DNA of 64,000 nt, from positions 310,001 to 374,000 of the forward strand of contig CM082581.2 of NCBI GenBank assembly GCA_040954595.2. The letters are read 5' to 3'. Source of the DNA: Balanoglossus misakiensis (taxonomy: Eukaryota > Animalia > Hemichordata). Under the pieces are notes generated by a model that saw nothing but the letters and a program-made list of their open reading frames with translations, was not told the DNA's origin and searched no databases. Positions 61,541 to 64,000 of the stretch are shown piece after piece; position 1 is the stretch's first letter, and the number at the start of each line of letters is the position of its first letter. Position numbers and translations under genes: made by a program.

Positions 61541-61625
61541 CCCTTTCACCCCCAGTTCCTTCTATACAGGTTGAACCTTTTCATAGATAACAATGGGTTT
61601 AGACTGAACCTTGGTTGTGAAAGGG
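61541..61625. mobile_element. 85-bp piggyBac-like MITE
   Basis: TTAA-ccctttcac..gtgaaaggg-TTAA. Confidence 0.75.
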
Positions 61626-61674
61626 TTAATGGGCTTCCATAATGAGTGTTCTTTAAAATAAGAGGGTGTTACTT

Positions 61675-61787
61675 AAGGGTTATTACACTAAGTTTTGCCG
61701 ATAACGCGTCATATTTGAGTGATGTCCATATTATGGACATCACGAGGATGCATCACGTTATCGACAAAACTTAGTGTAATAACCCCT
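61675..61787. repeat. Long hairpin (~112 bp), probable end of a hairpin-type element
   Basis: gggttattacactaagttttgccgataacg..cgttatcgacaaaacttagtgtaataaccc with inner palindrome gtgatgtccatattatggacatcac. Confidence 0.75.
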
Positions 61788-62047
61788 TTATCATACATGA
61801 ACAGTAACCCATTGCCAAGTGTGACAGGGTGATGCGATCAGGTGATCAACGTATAGGCCGTAGTATCATTCTAAGAGGGTTGGTAGCTTTCATTATGATG
61901 GGGCATGTGATTCAGGTCCCCCCCCCCCCCCCATCTACCTTAGCTGAGCTTTGGATCGCTTCGCCAAAGTTTATATGACAAGGGTGTTAGCCCATTCCTA
62001 TAACATTTGGCTAGCTATATCGTTTATTATTAATGAATTAATTAATA

Positions 62048-62101
62048 TGACTGACTGACTGACTGACTGACTTAATGAATCAATCAATCAATCAATCAAT
62101 C
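62048..62101. repeat. Compound microsatellite (TGAC)n (AATC)n
   Basis: Directly visible. Confidence 0.9.
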
Positions 62102-63244
62102 ACCCAGACATGGCCTGGAAGGATTCACCCCCTGTTGAGATGTTGGCACCCCCTAGCAAATTGTCATGGTCGGGGTGGTCAGTGGCCCTTAAAATGATGT
62201 CACTCACATGATAGAGATATTAATTACATAACTCTTTTCCAGAGTGTGCTCTATTTACAGTCTGCACTATATACAGGTACATGTGTAATGATATTTCAAT
62301 TACTTTTGGAATCACAGGACAGTAGAAAGGTTGATTGAACAAAAGGTTTTTGAAATTCACTCACCATGTATTGGAACAGCTCTTACAGACATCACATCAT
62401 CATTCAACGCTAAATCTTCGTAACTTTTACATACTGTTAATATAAATATAATTACTTTTCTTTAAATATCATCCAAATATTACAATGTTTCTAGCAATTT
62501 CATAAACTGCATTAAGATAATACTGTGTGTATGATATATACTTTGTGGATAGGATACAGATCTTTGCTTATTACCAAGAATATAACACCATGTGTTTGGA
62601 TTTTAAATGCAGTTCGGAGCTGACTGTGTTGCATTTTGACTGCAAAATTAAAATATTTAGTTACATTTCCTTGCATTTAGTGTTGAAAATGTCACTTTCA
62701 GCTTTAAAATGAGCACTGATATCTATGGAACTAGGAGAATTGTGCTTTCTACAACATACAATATTTACATTTAATCAAACAACAGGAGGATATTTGACAG
62801 TCAATCAATAAATATGACATACATATGAGTTGCATGTACACAACTAGACACATGTATGCATGTGATATTTAAAGGGACATTAACTGTAACACATGCTCTA
62901 CCCAGAACTCCACTTGTCAACATAATCTGTATGTGTGTAACGGCTATTGAAATGAATTCTAGTCCAGACTTGAATTCAAATTTAGAATAACAATACTGAC
63001 TAGACACACCTATATTTCATCATGATTCAGGGATCTGAAGAAGACACTGCAGTAAATACTTAAAACAAAAATATTGAAAACAAAGTGAAAAGTTGTACAG
63101 CTAGTGAAGCTTGAAATATGTTCAGACACAAGTAGAACAGGCAATGAAAACACATTATAAACATTGAGAAAAACACCCAAAGTAACATGTACTACCGGTA
63201 TCTATGGGGGCTGTTCTGGTCAAAATTGTAGTTTATTACTAAAA

Positions 63245-63572
63245 CATGTTAGAATTAATTTTATAAAGCCTGGAATTAATTTTACCAGTATGTAGAATTA
63301 TTTTTTATGTGCTTTAATTATTTTTTGTAGTCATGCAGAAATCATTTTATGTGTTCTAAATTTTAGCTTATCTTTGTTAGAAATAATTTTGCCAACAATA
63401 TCTCAAATTATTTTTACGTGAACAATCGAATTAATTACAGGTGTAGTGTCGAATTAATTTTACGTGTTGTGTCGAATTAATTTCACGTGTAGTGTCGAAT
63501 TAATATCACCTGTTTGGTCAAATTAATTTCACGTGTTGTGTCGAATTATTTTACGTTGTGTCGAATTAATAT
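63245..63572. repeat. Degenerate ~22-bp tandem repeat
   Basis: Units like gtgtcgaattaattttacgtgtt, best conserved at 63425-63572 and decaying leftward. Confidence 0.75.
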
Positions 63573-64000
63573 TGCCCTTAGAATCCTTTCCGCGTAAATC
63601 AAGATGGCGGCGGCTGAGCATGTCTTTCTCGCTGCATAAAGTTCAAAAAGGGGCCGTTGTACTAGTTGTGAGACGTTTTGGGGTGATTTGCTGTCTAATA
63701 TAAATGCAGTGTGCTCGAAAACGACGATCGGTGCACGAGTTTTGGTCTACAGACAGAATTTTCTAGTCAAACCACTCAAAACCACTACCAGTTGGTGTAA
63801 TCGCCAGCCTTGCTATGGTATAGCCCAGCTCTGCGTACAGTGTTCTTGGCGTGGAGGCTGTGTAACGCCGGGAACACACAGACCTGTACGCAGAGCTAGC
63901 TGTTGCCCCGCGTTGCCAGTTCACCTAGATTGAATAAATTTTGACATCTGAACATACGAAAATTGTGTTAATTTGTTATTTCCCGAACTAAGAAATAGCT

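Larger units (their letters stand above)
36482..61842. repeat. Segmental duplication, copy 2
   Basis: See copy 1. It lacks the Kolobok-like MITE at 234, the LTR elements and ~850 bp (1990-2840). It has extra sequence at 37268-38016, ~40215-40372, 44625-61031 and ~61527-61798. Confidence 0.93.

Noticed and set aside
104-61842. Duplicated block as a giant cargo-carrying transposon or endogenous virus
   Set aside because: No TIRs, TSDs, Helitron ends or viral genes were seen at or within the duplication boundaries.
63598-63933. CpG-richer stretch with caagatggcggc as a promoter or first exon
   Set aside because: A YY1-like motif alone is insufficient. It is next to a tandem repeat at the window edge and the ORF has no recognisable domain.

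Overview
AT-rich, intron- and transposon-rich eukaryotic (animal, probably marine invertebrate) DNA with no intact host gene and no prokaryotic features. (1) A segment is present twice in direct orientation (104-~20810 and 36482-~61842). It carries minus-strand exons of a decayed Mediator subunit MED25-like gene and a calcium-binding EGF exon. (2) Copy 1 contains a Mag-type Gypsy LTR retrotransposon (3733-14885) whose gag is split by a nested BEL/Pao element (8346-14492); both have identical LTRs and 5-bp TSDs. (3) Copy 2 contains a 16.4-kb stack of 11 Helentron-type non-autonomous (HINE/DINE-like) elements (44625-61031) whose ends pair up like perfectly balanced brackets, implying repeated insertion into one site inside earlier copies. 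(4) Between the copies lie two more EGF exons, a TAG..CTA MITE carrying a RecQ-type helicase fragment, and a degenerate Academ-type transposase (XPG-like and Cys-rich domains) with an OTU protease domain inside its core, partly tandem-duplicated. (5) Many MITEs and long branched hairpin elements are scattered throughout. All family names come from motif recognition by eye, not database searches.
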